64,000 nucleotides of DNA from NCBI GenBank assembly GCA_035567335.1, contig DATMPZ010000048.1, positions 7,020 to 71,019 on the forward strand, read 5' to 3'. The position numbers and the translations under genes are program-made. The notes under the pieces are model-generated. The model was not told the DNA's origin, ran no database searches, and saw only the letters and a program-made list of their open reading frames with translations. Shown piece by piece: positions 28,936 to 39,154 of this stretch (its first letter is position 1; every line of letters starts with the position of its first letter). This DNA is from Solirubrobacteraceae bacterium. GTDB lineage: Bacteria > Actinomycetota > Thermoleophilia > Solirubrobacterales > Solirubrobacteraceae.

Positions 28936-30410
28936 CCTCCCGGTCCGGGACTCTGCCCGCTGCGACGCCCGGCGACGAGCGTCCGGCGCGCCCGCGCCCC
29001 GGCGACGAGCTGGAGCTGCGGATCGACTCGCTCGCCTTCGGCGGCGAGGGCGTCGCGCGGCTCGGCGCGGAGGGCTATGTCGTGTTCGTCGCCGGTGGCA
29101 TTCCCGGCGATCGCGTGCGCGCGCTCGTCTACAAGCGCAAGCGCTCCTACGCGCACGCCCGCGCGATCGAGGTGCTCGAGCCGAGCCCGGAGCGCATTCC
29201 CCCGACCGCCGACCATCCCGGCGTGCCCTGGCAGGTGCTGCCCTACGAGCGCCAGCTGCAGATCAAGCGCGACCAGGTCGGCGAGGCACTGCAACGGATC
29301 GGGCGGCTGGACGGCTTCGAGCTCGAACCCATCGTGCCCGCCATCGAACAATGGCGCTACCGCAACAAGCTCGAGTACTCGTTCGGCGAAACCGAGGACG
29401 GCGGCCTCGTGTGCGGCTTCCATGTGCCCGCCGGCGCCAAGCGGGTGACCGCCATGGGCGACTGTCTGCTCGCCTCGGAGGTCGGCAACCGCGCGCGCCA
29501 GCTCGTGCTCGACTGGTGTCGAGCGCAGGGACTGTCGGCTTGGGATCGTGGCCGCAGGCGCGGACGCCTGCCGCCCGCTGTCCAGGGCGAGCGCGCCCAG
29601 CCGCCGGCGCCCGCGCCAGACGGGCGCATACGCCTGCGCAACCTGGTTGTGCGCGAAGGGCGCAAAACGGACAAGCTGCAAATCCGCCTCGTCACGACCG
29701 ACGGGACGCTCGAGCCGGACGGGCTCGCCGCCGTGCTGCAGCGTGCGCTCGGCGAGCATCTCAGCGGCGTCCTGTGGACGCGCTCACGCTCTCTCGCCGA
29801 GACCACGGCGGGCGGGCAGACCGAGCTCGTGTGGGGCGAGGCCGAGCTGCCCGAGACCCTCGGCGAGCTGGATCTGCGCATCTCCGCCGAGGCGTTCATG
29901 CAGACGAACACCGAGATGGCCGAGCTGCTGTACGGCGTCGTCGCCGAGTACGCCGCCCTTGAGGGCTGGGAGCGGGTGTACGACCTCTACAGTGGCATCG
30001 GCACGATCGCGCTGACGCTGGCGCCGCGCGCGGGCGAGCTGTGGGGGATCGAGCTCGTCGAGCAGGCCGTCGCCGACGCGATCGCGTCGGCGCGACGCAA
30101 CGAGGTGACGAACGCGCACTTCTTCGCCGGCGACACCCGCCTCGCGCTGCCCGAGCTGGTGCAACGCGCCGGGCGCCCCGACGTGCTCGTCGTGGACCCG
30201 CCCCGCGCTGGGCTGTCCAAGAAAGTGGTGCGGCGGATCGTCGAGGCCTCGCCCAAGCGGATCGTGTACGTCTCCTGCAACCCCACCACCCTCGCGCCCA
30301 ACGCGGCCGAGCTGGTGCAGGCGGGATGGATGCTGAGGAAGGTGCGCCCCGTGGACATGTTTCCGCAGACACATCACATCGAGTGCGTGGCTTTGTTCGA
30401 GCGAGGATAG
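28932..30410 (+). CDS. rlmD: 23S rRNA m5U methyltransferase (RlmD/TrmA family)
   Basis: TRAM domain, YRNK, FMQTN, DLYSGIG, VDPPRAG, YVSCNP, DMFPQTHHIE. Confidence 0.88.
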   Translation: MTSRSGTLPAATPGDERPARPRPGDELELRIDSLAFGGEGVARLGAEGYVVFVAGGIPGDRVRALVYKRKRSYAHARAIEVLEPSPERIPPTADHPGVPWQVLPYERQLQIKRDQVGEALQRIGRLDGFELEPIVPAIEQWRYRNKLEYSFGETEDGGLVCGFHVPAGAKRVTAMGDCLLASEVGNRARQLVLDWCRAQGLSAWDRGRRRGRLPPAVQGERAQPPAPAPDGRIRLRNLVVREGRKTDKLQIRLVTTDGTLEPDGLAAVLQRALGEHLSGVLWTRSRSLAETTAGGQTELVWGEAELPETLGELDLRISAEAFMQTNTEMAELLYGVVAEYAALEGWERVYDLYSGIGTIALTLAPRAGELWGIELVEQAVADAIASARRNEVTNAHFFAGDTRLALPELVQRAGRPDVLVVDPPRAGLSKKVVRRIVEASPKRIVYVSCNPTTLAPNAAELVQAGWMLRKVRPVDMFPQTHHIECVALFERG

Positions 30411-30419
30411 GCTTCGCCG

Positions 30420-31358
30420 ATGCGCGCCGCCACCATCCGCGAGCAGGAGATCGTGATCGAGGAGCACCCGGACCCGGTGCCGGGCGCGGGTGAGGTGCTC
30501 GTGCGTGTGCATGCGGCGGGCCTCAACGGCGCGGACATGATGCAGCGGCGCGGCCTCTACCCGGCGCCGCCCGGCTCGCCCCAGGACATCCCCGGCTTGG
30601 AGCTGGCTGGGGAGGTGGTCGCGCTCGGTCCGGGCGCCGCGCGGTTCGCCGCGGGCGAGCGCGTGATGGCGGTCGTCGGCGGCGGCGCTCAGGCCGAGCT
30701 GGCCGTCGTGCACGAGCGCCAGCTGATGCCCGTGCCCGCGTCGCTTGGCTGGCCCGCGGCGGGCGGGCTGCCCGAGGCGTTTACGACCGCTCACGACGCG
30801 ATCTTCGTCCAGGCCGGGCTGCGCCCGGGTGAGCGCCTGCTCGTGCACGGCGGCGCCGGCGGCGTGGGCACGGCGGCGATCCAGCTCGGCCGGGCGGCCG
30901 GGGCGCGCGTGATCGCGACCGTGCGCAACGAGTCCTCGCGCGGGCAGGTCGCCGCGCTGGGCGCGCATGCGATCGCGCCCGAGGATGTCGCGCAGCATGG
31001 ACCGTTCGACGTGATCCTGGAGCTCGTGGGCGCGCCCAACATGCCCGAGAACCTGAACGCGCTGGAGACCGGCGGGCGGATCGTCGTGATCGGCGTCTCC
31101 GCGGGCGTCAAGACCGAGCTGAACCTGCTCGCGCTGATGGGCAAGCGCGCGCGCATCCACGGCTCCACGCTGCGCTCCCGCCCGCTGGAGGAGAAAGCGA
31201 TCACTGCCCGCCTCTTGGAGCGCGAGGTGCTGCCGCTCCTCGACACGGGCGCGCTGGGCGTGCCGATCGCCGCGACGTTCCCGCTGTCGGAGGCCGCCGC
31301 CGCCTACGAGCGCTTCGCGGCGGGCGGCAAGCTGGGGAAGATCGTGCTCACGCTGTGA
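30420..31358 (+). CDS. NAD(P)H-quinone oxidoreductase (MDR superfamily)
   Basis: PGLELAGEV, LVHGGAGGVG, GKLGKIVL. Confidence 0.88.
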   Translation: MRAATIREQEIVIEEHPDPVPGAGEVLVRVHAAGLNGADMMQRRGLYPAPPGSPQDIPGLELAGEVVALGPGAARFAAGERVMAVVGGGAQAELAVVHERQLMPVPASLGWPAAGGLPEAFTTAHDAIFVQAGLRPGERLLVHGGAGGVGTAAIQLGRAAGARVIATVRNESSRGQVAALGAHAIAPEDVAQHGPFDVILELVGAPNMPENLNALETGGRIVVIGVSAGVKTELNLLALMGKRARIHGSTLRSRPLEEKAITARLLEREVLPLLDTGALGVPIAATFPLSEAAAAYERFAAGGKLGKIVLTL

Positions 31359-31502
31359 ACGATCAGTTGTGTCGATATTCCGCGAGCCAGTCCGCGATGA
31401 CGGCTTTCGCCCAACGAAGCCGATTGCCGAAGAGGGTGCGAGGCCGGGCTTCGAAAGCAGCCAGGTGCTCGGTAGACGCCATGGGTTGAGCTAACAGGCC
31501 TC

Positions 31503-32108
31503 TCAGTACGGCGGCTGCGCCGCCCACCAGTCTCCGAGTGCCCGGAACGCCGCCCAGAACGCGCGCTTTGAGTCGGTCTCGTCGAGGGAGTCGTCGATGT
31601 TGGGGACGTACAGCGCGTCGATCGTGGGGGTCAGTTGCTGGATCTCGCCGAGGCGCGGCTCGAGCTCGCGCGCGAGCGGGATCTCCAGCTCGCCCAGCGC
31701 GGTGAGCGCGCCTGCGCCCATCACGACGACGATCCGCGGCTGCACGATCGCGATCTCCTCGACGACACGCGCGACACAGGCAAAATCGGCGAGCGAAGCG
31801 TCGCTGAGCGGGCACTTGACGCACAGCGTGCCGTACACCGCCAGCGGGTCGATCGACAGGCGCTTGAGCGACTTCATCAGCGCGCCGCCGGCGCGGCCGT
31901 AGAAGGCGACGCCCTCCTCGATCTCCGACGGCTGGGGGGCGTACTTGAGCAGCATCACGTCGGCCTGGGGATGCCCGGAGCCGAGCACCGGCATCAGGTT
32001 GCCGCGCGGACAGTGCGGGCAGGCCTGTAGCTCGCGCGTGAGCGTGTTCAGCTCGCGGATGGCGCGCTCCAGGTACTTCTCGCGGATCTCGTCGTCGGTC
32101 ACGGGCAT
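31503..32108 (-). CDS. Uracil-DNA glycosylase-like protein
   Basis: CPHC..GSG..ADVM, FYGRAG, CVKC; family 4-like fold. Confidence 0.7.
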   Translation of the reverse strand: MPVTDDEIREKYLERAIRELNTLTRELQACPHCPRGNLMPVLGSGHPQADVMLLKYAPQPSEIEEGVAFYGRAGGALMKSLKRLSIDPLAVYGTLCVKCPLSDASLADFACVARVVEEIAIVQPRIVVVMGAGALTALGELEIPLARELEPRLGEIQQLTPTIDALYVPNIDDSLDETDSKRAFWAAFRALGDWWAAQPPY

Positions 32109-32158
32109 CGACCCCGAGGGTTTTGACGGACCCACGATGTCTCCCTGCCCCTGCACTC

Positions 32159-33628
32159 TTACTTGCGGCTGCCGCCCATCGCGCGCTTGACTCGTCGCGC
32201 GCGGCTGGCGCGGCGCGCGGAGGGGGGGGTGGCGCGGGTCTGCAGGAACTTGAGCGCCTGCACGTACAGCAGGCTGGTGGGGCGCGTGAGGATCTCGGCG
32301 TCGCGCAGGGATTGCAGGAACTCGGCCGGGCCGTCGAAGTCGCGCATGCGGTTGCGGACCGAGCCGAGGCCCTGGGCGACGTGCGAGTCCGAGCCCGCCG
32401 CGGCGACGATCCGGTACTTGGCGGCGAAGCGGGCGGCCTCGTCGTTGAACGCGCCGATCGCCACGCGCGGGTTGAACACCTCGAGCGCGTCGATCTCGCC
32501 CACGATCTGAAGCAGGTGCTCGTAGTCGGGGACCGCGTGCAGCCGGTCGAACGGGTGCGGCACGTACACGACCCCGCCCTGGCGGCGGATCTCCGCGACG
32601 GTCTCCTGCAGGGTCATGCCGCGCGGGATCAGCTCCTCGACGAACAGCCCGATCACCTCGCCCTCCTCGGCGGTCTTGACCTCCTCGCCGACGATCACCC
32701 GCACGCCGATGTCCGCTTCCCGCGCGTGTTCGCGGGCGGCGATCGCGCCGGAGATCTCGTTGTGGTCGGTCACCGCGATCGCCCCCAGGCCGCGCTCGCG
32801 CGCGGTCGCGAGCAGCACCTCGACGGGGGTGGCGCAGTCGTGGGAGTGGTCGGTGTGCATGTGCAGGTCCACGTCGATCCGCCGCCGCCCGGCCAGGCGC
32901 TCGCGCAGCGCGGGGTCGCCGTCGGGGTCGTGCCGGCGGGCCGCCAGCTCGCGGTAGATCGACTCCAGCTCCGCGGCGGCGCCGCCTGAGTCGGGCACGA
33001 GGCGGTAGTCGCCGGGGAACTGGCGCGCCATCAGCTCCGCCGCCGCGGGCGCGCTCGCGGTGCGCGCGTCGAGCCGGCCGAAGAAGCTCTCCACGAACCG
33101 GCGCGCCACGAGCGTGGACAGCACGTAGCGCTCGGAGGCGGAGTGAAACGAGCCGACGTTCAGCGCGCGCGAGTGGCGCAGCGCCGCACCGGAGGCGCTC
33201 GGGGCGAACGGCTCGTGCACGTGCACGACGTCCAGCGGCACGGTGCTCAGCAGTTCCTCGATCGTGCGCGCCACGTCGATCGGCAGCGCGGGCGTGCGCC
33301 GTCGCGAGGAGCCGGGTGGCCCAGCGCCGTCGTGGTGGGCGGCGACCGGCAGGTCGAGCACCTCGCCGACCGCGATGACCCTGGGGATGCCGCCGTCGGT
33401 TCCCGCGAGCAGAGATCCGGGCCCGTCCGCCCGGGCGCGCGCGGCGCGCAGCTCCCGCCGCGAGGCCCGCACCCGCTCCTGTGAGCGCGAGGGGGCGAGG
33501 ATCAGCACGCGGTGCCCGCGCCGCGAGAGCTCCTCACAGACCGCGCGGACGTGGGCGTTGACCTCGTTGTCCTGCGCCTCCCACGGATAGGGAGTCACAT
33601 GGGCGATCGAGAATCGCGACGAGGCCAT
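32159..33628 (-). CDS. Fusion of a GT4 N-terminal domain to a PHP metallohydrolase domain
   Basis: DVVHVHEPFAPS and GSFHS (PimA-like), then DLHMHT, AVTDHN, VGEE, HPFD, GSDSH. Confidence 0.8.
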   Translation of the reverse strand: MASSRFSIAHVTPYPWEAQDNEVNAHVRAVCEELSRRGHRVLILAPSRSQERVRASRRELRAARARADGPGSLLAGTDGGIPRVIAVGEVLDLPVAAHHDGAGPPGSSRRRTPALPIDVARTIEELLSTVPLDVVHVHEPFAPSASGAALRHSRALNVGSFHSASERYVLSTLVARRFVESFFGRLDARTASAPAAAELMARQFPGDYRLVPDSGGAAAELESIYRELAARRHDPDGDPALRERLAGRRRIDVDLHMHTDHSHDCATPVEVLLATARERGLGAIAVTDHNEISGAIAAREHAREADIGVRVIVGEEVKTAEEGEVIGLFVEELIPRGMTLQETVAEIRRQGGVVYVPHPFDRLHAVPDYEHLLQIVGEIDALEVFNPRVAIGAFNDEAARFAAKYRIVAAAGSDSHVAQGLGSVRNRMRDFDGPAEFLQSLRDAEILTRPTSLLYVQALKFLQTRATPPSARRASRARRVKRAMGGSRK

Positions 33629-33695
33629 CGTTCCCATTATCAAGCCACTCGCTCGGTGGCGTGGAGCGTCATCGGCGCCTGCGCCTCGCGGCCCG

Positions 33696-34919
33696 CTAGG
33701 CGGCGCTCGCCTTCGCGGCGGGCTCGGCCCCGGCTCGCGCCGTCGCCGGCTTCATCGCCCGCGCGGTCTTCTCCACCCGCCTGGTCGTTCCGGGTGCGCC
33801 GGCGTACTTGGCGATGAACTTCTCCGTCGCCTCGCGCGCCTGGTCGTCGGGGCGCTGGTTGTGCGGCGACTTCATCAGGTACGACGACGGCCCGTCGAGC
33901 TGGCCGCCGACGCCGTGGTTGAGCGCGAGCTTGCAGCAGCGCACGGCGTCGATCACGATGCCGGCCGAGTTGGGCGAGTCCCACACCTCGAGCTTCAGCT
34001 CGACGTTCAAGGGCACGTCGCCGAACGCCTGGCCCTCGACGCGGATGTGCGCCCACTTGCGGTCGGTCAGCCACGGCACGTAGTCGGACGGTCCGACGTG
34101 GACGTCGTTCGCCGGCAGTTCGTGGTCCATGATCGAGGTGACGGCGTTGGTCTTGGAGATTTTCTTGGACTCCAGCCGCTCGCGCTCGAGCATGTTGTAG
34201 AAGTCCATGTTGCCGCCGACGTTCAGCTGCGAGGTGCGCAGCATCTTCACGCCGCGGTCGGCGAACAGGCGCGCGAGCGTGCGATGCACGATCGTGGCGC
34301 CGACCTGAGACTTGATGTCGTCGCCGACGATCGGCAGACCGGCCTTTTTGAAGCGTCGGTCCCAGTAGTCCTCGCGGGCGATGAACACGGGGATGCAGTT
34401 GACGAACCCGCAGCCGGCCTCGAGCACCTGCTCGACGTACCACTTGGTCGCTTGCTCGGAGCCGACCGGCAGGTAGGAGACGACGACGTCTGTGTGCGTG
34501 TCCTCGAGGACCTTGACGATGTCCGCCGTCTCGCCGGGGGCCTTCGCGATCTTCTCCTTGAGATACTTGCCGAGGCCGTCGTGCGTCATCCCGCGGTGCA
34601 CGGGCACGCCGAGCTTCTTCGGCACCTTGGCGAACTTCATCGTGTTGTTCTGCCCCGCCCAGATCGCCTCGCCCAGGTCCCTGCCGACCTTCGTGCGGTC
34701 GATGTCGAACGCGGCGGTGAACTCGATGTCGCGCACGTGATAGCCGCCGAGATCGACGTGCATCAGGCCGGGCACTTCCGCGGCTGGATCGGCGTCGCGG
34801 TAGTGGTGCACGCCCTGCACGAACGCCGAGGCGCAGTTGCCGACGCCGACGATCGCCACACGGACCTTCTCGCGCTGATAGCGCGCAGCGCCGTTGGACG
34901 AAGCGCCGTTATTGCTCAT
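33696..34919 (-). CDS. ino1: myo-Inositol-1-phosphate synthase
   Basis: [39 protein letters not shown]. Confidence 0.96.
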   Translation of the reverse strand: MSNNGASSNGAARYQREKVRVAIVGVGNCASAFVQGVHHYRDADPAAEVPGLMHVDLGGYHVRDIEFTAAFDIDRTKVGRDLGEAIWAGQNNTMKFAKVPKKLGVPVHRGMTHDGLGKYLKEKIAKAPGETADIVKVLEDTHTDVVVSYLPVGSEQATKWYVEQVLEAGCGFVNCIPVFIAREDYWDRRFKKAGLPIVGDDIKSQVGATIVHRTLARLFADRGVKMLRTSQLNVGGNMDFYNMLERERLESKKISKTNAVTSIMDHELPANDVHVGPSDYVPWLTDRKWAHIRVEGQAFGDVPLNVELKLEVWDSPNSAGIVIDAVRCCKLALNHGVGGQLDGPSSYLMKSPHNQRPDDQAREATEKFIAKYAGAPGTTRRVEKTARAMKPATARAGAEPAAKASAA

Positions 34920-35028
34920 GGGAGTCAAATCCAGTTTTTCCTTCCTAAAGATTTCGATAACTGCCCCGTCGGCCGGAAAACAACTTTCCTTCCGATATCT
35001 CCACCATTACCCCGCCGGACGCGCCAGG

Positions 35029-35715
35029 TCACACGGACGAGGAGGCGGGCGCCGCCAGCTCGCGCCTTACGTGGGCGATGCGCTGGGCGACGGTGATCAG
35101 GCTGAGCGCCGCCAGCACGTACACCGCGGGGGCCAGCAGCTGAAAGTCTCCGAGCGAAGCTCCGCGGGCGAAGATCAGGCCGATCGAGAGGATCACGACG
35201 CGCACGGGGCGGGTGGCGATGCCGACCTTGCACTCCACGCCGAGCGCCTCGGCGCGGGCGCGGGTGTAGGAGACCATCAGCGAGGCGAGCACCGCGACGA
35301 CGACCGCGGCCGCCGCGACGCGATCGCCCTGCAGCGCGAAGTAGGCGGCGACGGCGGTCAGCACTATGCCCTCCTCGATGCGGTCGAGCGTCGAGTCCAG
35401 GAACGCGCCGAAGGGGGTGCCCTTGCCCGACATGCGCGAGTAGCGCCCGTCGAGCGTGTCCATGATCGAGCCGACGACGAACGCGACGCCGCCGAGGAAG
35501 AACAGCTGCTCCCACACGAGCACGGCGGCAACCAGGTTCAGCATCAGACCGGTGAGCGAGATCGCGTTGGGGGTCAGCCGCGACTCGATCAGGGCGTTGC
35601 GCACGAGCTCGCGCCGAACGCCGGAGCCGATCGGCGCGCGCCGGCGGCGGGCACGGGTGCGGTAGGCGCCGCGGCGCAGGCGTCGCGGGGGAGTGTCGCG
35701 GCGGCGGGGGGTCAT
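35029..35715 (-). CDS. pgsA: CDP-alcohol phosphatidyltransferase (phosphatidylinositol-phosphate synthase-like)
   Basis: TPNAIS, DTLDGRYSR..G..FGAFLDSTLDR signature, SYTRARAE; adjacent to ino1. Confidence 0.88.
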   Translation of the reverse strand: MTPRRRDTPPRRLRRGAYRTRARRRRAPIGSGVRRELVRNALIESRLTPNAISLTGLMLNLVAAVLVWEQLFFLGGVAFVVGSIMDTLDGRYSRMSGKGTPFGAFLDSTLDRIEEGIVLTAVAAYFALQGDRVAAAAVVVAVLASLMVSYTRARAEALGVECKVGIATRPVRVVILSIGLIFARGASLGDFQLLAPAVYVLAALSLITVAQRIAHVRRELAAPASSSV

Positions 35716-35786
35716 GGTCCACAGACGCCGGTGGAGCCATCGTCGTCGTCATCGCCGGCGGCGCCCGACCTGTCCGGCTCGCTCAC
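35712..35786 (-). CDS. 24-aa acidic bridging mini-ORF
   Basis: (V/M)SEPDRSGAAGDDDDDGSTGVCGP; GTGA overlap upstream, ATGA overlap with pgsA. Confidence 0.3.
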   Translation of the reverse strand: MSEPDRSGAAGDDDDDGSTGVCGP

Positions 35787-36652
35787 GTTCGCGACGTCCC
35801 TTCGCGAGCGCTCGCAAACGCCGCCGCCGGGCCGCCGGTCGCGCTCCATCCGCCCACGCCGGCGGGGACCGGCGACACCGCTCCAGAGAAGCGCCAGACA
35901 GCGGGTCGAGTCCGCGCGAGCCACATCGCGCCGTAGGCGGAGGCGCCGGCGGTGAGCGCGCCGAGGAGCGCGTCGACGATGAAGTGGTTGGCGGTGACGA
36001 CGATCACGAACACCATCAGGAACGGGTAGAGCAGCCACAGCACCCTGACGACGCGCCGGCGGGCCAGGCGCGCGAGCGGCCAGCCGATCATCAGCGCGAA
36101 CGCGACGTGCATCGAGGGGACGGCGGCGTACGGGTTGAACAGCGCGCTCATCGAGGCGCTGGTGTGGGAGACGTTCACGGGTGTGAAGTCGGAGACCGAG
36201 TCGATGAAGCCCCACTCGGGCATGAAGCGTGGGGGGGCGGTGGGGAAGACTATGTAGCCGACGAGCGCGATCGCCATGGCGATCATGAACATGTTGCGCA
36301 CGAAGTAGAAGTTGCGGTTGTGGCGCAGGTAGAGGTAGAGCAGCGCGGCGATCGTCACCGTCCCCTGCGCGTTCACGTACAGCCAGCTGGCGAGCGCCAT
36401 CACGAAGTGGCTGCCCGACGCCCACGCCTGCACCGAGGGCTCGACGAACAGGTGGGTCGCGCGCTCGAGCGAGATCAGGTCGCGCGCGTGGGCGAACGCG
36501 GCGTTGGCGTTCCCCTCGACCAGCCCGCGCACGAGCCGGTAGGCGAGGTAGGCGAGGGCGAACAGGGCGACCTGGCGCAGCACGTCCAGCCATCCCTGAG
36601 GCAGGAGGCGTGCCTGCAGGGCACGAACGCGGGCGAGGGCGGACCCGGGCAT
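35783..36652 (-). CDS. PAP2-superfamily AUR1/IPC-synthase-like membrane protein
   Basis: PTAPPRF, NPYAAVPSMH, TANHFIVD. Confidence 0.85.
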   Translation of the reverse strand: MPGSALARVRALQARLLPQGWLDVLRQVALFALAYLAYRLVRGLVEGNANAAFAHARDLISLERATHLFVEPSVQAWASGSHFVMALASWLYVNAQGTVTIAALLYLYLRHNRNFYFVRNMFMIAMAIALVGYIVFPTAPPRFMPEWGFIDSVSDFTPVNVSHTSASMSALFNPYAAVPSMHVAFALMIGWPLARLARRRVVRVLWLLYPFLMVFVIVVTANHFIVDALLGALTAGASAYGAMWLARTRPAVWRFSGAVSPVPAGVGGWSATGGPAAAFASAREGTSRT

Positions 36653-36665
36653 CTGGTGCAGAAGC

Positions 36666-38180
36666 CTAGCGTGAGGGCGGGTCGAAGGCGTACAGCCGCC
36701 AGTGCTCCGAACGCCAGAGTTCGCGCAAATAGGGCAGTCCGCTGGCTATCAGCGCGCCCTCGGCCCGACCGGCGTCGTCCAGGCGCACGTCGGGCAGCGC
36801 GACGTAGGCGACGCGGTTGGCGCGCAGCCACGCCGCGTACTGCGAGGCGCTCAGGCGCGGCTCATAGAACAGGCGGGCGTAGCGCGTGTCGAGCTGGCGC
36901 TCCCAGCCGCGGGCCAGGGCGACGCCGCCGTGCCCGGCGAGGTCGGCGGCCTCCCAGTGCGAGCCGGTCAGGGGCACCTCGACGATCGTGCGCCGCCCGC
37001 CGGTGAGGGTGCGCAGCTCCGCGCGTAGGGGGGCGTAGTAGGCGGCGTGCACGGAGGGGTCGCCGGCGAGCGCGGCCTGGTCGTTGATCGGCGTCTCGAG
37101 CTGCCAGTACAAGAGCACAGGGGCGAGCAGGCACAGGATCAGGCGGTGGCGATCCCACAGCGCGCCCGCCAGCAGCGGGCCGGCCAGCAGCGCGCCCAGG
37201 CGCGCGGAGTTGCCGCCGACGGGAGTGTGCAGCGCGAACGAGCCGATCAGCGCCAGCGCGTACAGGGCGGCGCCCACACGCACGACACGATGCGCGCGCT
37301 GGGTGAGCGAGCCCCGGGGCAGCAGCAGGGCGATCAGCAGGACGCCGGCGAGCGCCGGCCAGAAGGCGGACGGCGCGAACGGCTCCCAGCCGCCTTCGGG
37401 GAAGATGATCACCAAGACCGCGATCGGGGTTAGCGCTGCCGCGGCATGCGCCAGCCCGCGCCCTGCCTGCCTGCGACGCCTATCGCTCTCGCCGAGGCCG
37501 GGCTCCGCCCGCCGGGTGGGGGGGTCGAGGTCGCTGGGCTCGGCCCGCGTCCCCCGATCGGCGTGGGCTTTACGCAGGATGGCGGCCAGTGCGTCGGCCA
37601 CGCCCGCGAGCGCGAGGAACGCGCCGGCCACTGGACTCGCGAGGCTCGTCAGGACTGCGAGCGCCAGCGCGAGCGCGAAGCGATCGCACAGCAGCGCGAG
37701 CACGGAGGCGAGGCCGATGACGAAGCCGAGGTCGTAGGGGACGCGCCCGGACAGCAGGCCGACGCCGAAGCCGAGCGCGAACCAGCCGGTGGCGACGCGC
37801 GCGCCGGCGGGGGAGAAGACGCGCTTCGCGATCAGCCCGAACAGCGCGGCGGCCGCGACAGCGGAGAGCGCGAGGAGGGTGTAGACGCCGAGCCACGCCC
37901 CCAGCTCGGGGGAGAGCAGCGAGTAGCCCGGCAGGTAGTGGCCGTGGACGGCGTACCAGCCGTCGTCGCGCAGCTGAAAGCCGGCGCGGGCGAAGAGGTC
38001 GCCGCGGTAGGTGGCGGCGGCGAGGTCGCCGGCGGGGGGCTGGACGATCAGGTAGGCCAGCGCGAGCGGGACGGCGACGGCGAGGGCTACGGCCCAGGGC
38101 GGAACGTCGCGGCGCGCGCGCGCCGCGGAGGGCGCCGGCGGGGTGGGTGCGGCCACGGCCGGCGAGGCCAATCGGATCAC
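36666..38180 (-). CDS. Polytopic membrane protein, probable GT-C glycosyltransferase
   Basis: DLAAATYR, W..GHY.PGYS, LARGWERQLD; more than 10 TM; GTGA-coupled start. Confidence 0.6.
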   Translation of the reverse strand: MIRLASPAVAAPTPPAPSAARARRDVPPWAVALAVAVPLALAYLIVQPPAGDLAAATYRGDLFARAGFQLRDDGWYAVHGHYLPGYSLLSPELGAWLGVYTLLALSAVAAAALFGLIAKRVFSPAGARVATGWFALGFGVGLLSGRVPYDLGFVIGLASVLALLCDRFALALALAVLTSLASPVAGAFLALAGVADALAAILRKAHADRGTRAEPSDLDPPTRRAEPGLGESDRRRRQAGRGLAHAAAALTPIAVLVIIFPEGGWEPFAPSAFWPALAGVLLIALLLPRGSLTQRAHRVVRVGAALYALALIGSFALHTPVGGNSARLGALLAGPLLAGALWDRHRLILCLLAPVLLYWQLETPINDQAALAGDPSVHAAYYAPLRAELRTLTGGRRTIVEVPLTGSHWEAADLAGHGGVALARGWERQLDTRYARLFYEPRLSASQYAAWLRANRVAYVALPDVRLDDAGRAEGALIASGLPYLRELWRSEHWRLYAFDPPSR

Positions 38181-39022
38181 CCCGCGGCGGCGACGCCCGG
38201 GACCTCGGCGCCCAGGAAGTCGGCCACGCGCTCGACGACGTCGGGCCGGTCGAACCACGGCCAGTGGCCGGCGTCTGGGAGCTCGAGCAGCTCGGCGTGC
38301 GGGAGCGCCTGCGCGTAGGCGCGGGCGAAGCGCGCGGGGATGTACGGGTCGGCCTGGCCCCAGAGGACGAGCGCGGGCATCGTCAGCGTCGCAAGGCGCG
38401 CGCCCGCGGCGGCGAGCACGTCGGAGGGCGAGCTGCGGTACAGGCGCAGGATCGCGCGCTGGGTGCCCTGGTCGAAGTGGTCGAAGACGGTGTCCAGCCA
38501 CGTGTCGGGCATGGGCCGCCGGCCGGGGCGCGCCTCGCGCGTGGAGAAGCGCATGACGGCGCGCGTGGTGGCGCCCATCGCCAGCTCGCCCAGCAGGGGG
38601 GTGCGCCAGATGCGCGCGGTGCGGTGCCAGCGGTAGCCGGGCAGGAGGGGGACGGCGTTGATGACGATCAGGCGCGCGACGCGCTCGGGGTGGCGCTGGG
38701 CGAAGGCGAGCCCGACGGCGCCCCAGTCGTGGACGAGCAGGCTGACGCGATCGACACAGACGAGGTCGAGGTAGCGCTCGAGGAAGTCGGCGTAGCCGTC
38801 GATCGTGTAGTCGAGGTTGGCGGCCTTGCCGGTGCGCCCGAAGCCGGGCAGGTCGGGCGCCAGGCCGCCGGTGCGCGCCAGGAACGGGAGCCAGTCGTCG
38901 GAGTTGGTCGGGACTCCGTGCACGTACAGGGGCGTGGGTGCGCCCTCGTCCGTCACCGGCGCCTGGCGCCAGAACACGGGCATCGTGTCGATCGTGGCGG
39001 TCTGATCGCTGACGGAGGGCAT
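38177..39022 (-). CDS. Alpha/beta-fold hydrolase
   Basis: HGVPT, PDLPGFG, VHDWG nucleophile elbow, GHWP. Confidence 0.88.
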   Translation of the reverse strand: MPSVSDQTATIDTMPVFWRQAPVTDEGAPTPLYVHGVPTNSDDWLPFLARTGGLAPDLPGFGRTGKAANLDYTIDGYADFLERYLDLVCVDRVSLLVHDWGAVGLAFAQRHPERVARLIVINAVPLLPGYRWHRTARIWRTPLLGELAMGATTRAVMRFSTREARPGRRPMPDTWLDTVFDHFDQGTQRAILRLYRSSPSDVLAAAGARLATLTMPALVLWGQADPYIPARFARAYAQALPHAELLELPDAGHWPWFDRPDVVERVADFLGAEVPGVAAAG

Positions 39023-39154
39023 GCGGCGAACGATCATAGGGTCGCGCGGAACGTTTCGGGCTTTGGGTGGTAGGCAACTTTGGTCGTTACCTAAAGTCGT
39101 AGCGTCCCCGGCCACATACGGGCGGCCCGGACAGGCGGTCCGGTGGTTAGGGTC

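Noticed and set aside
37460-37570. GATC element inside the GT-C-like gene
   Set aside because: A hydrophilic insertion is present but shares only the CCGATCGG core, too little to assign to the family
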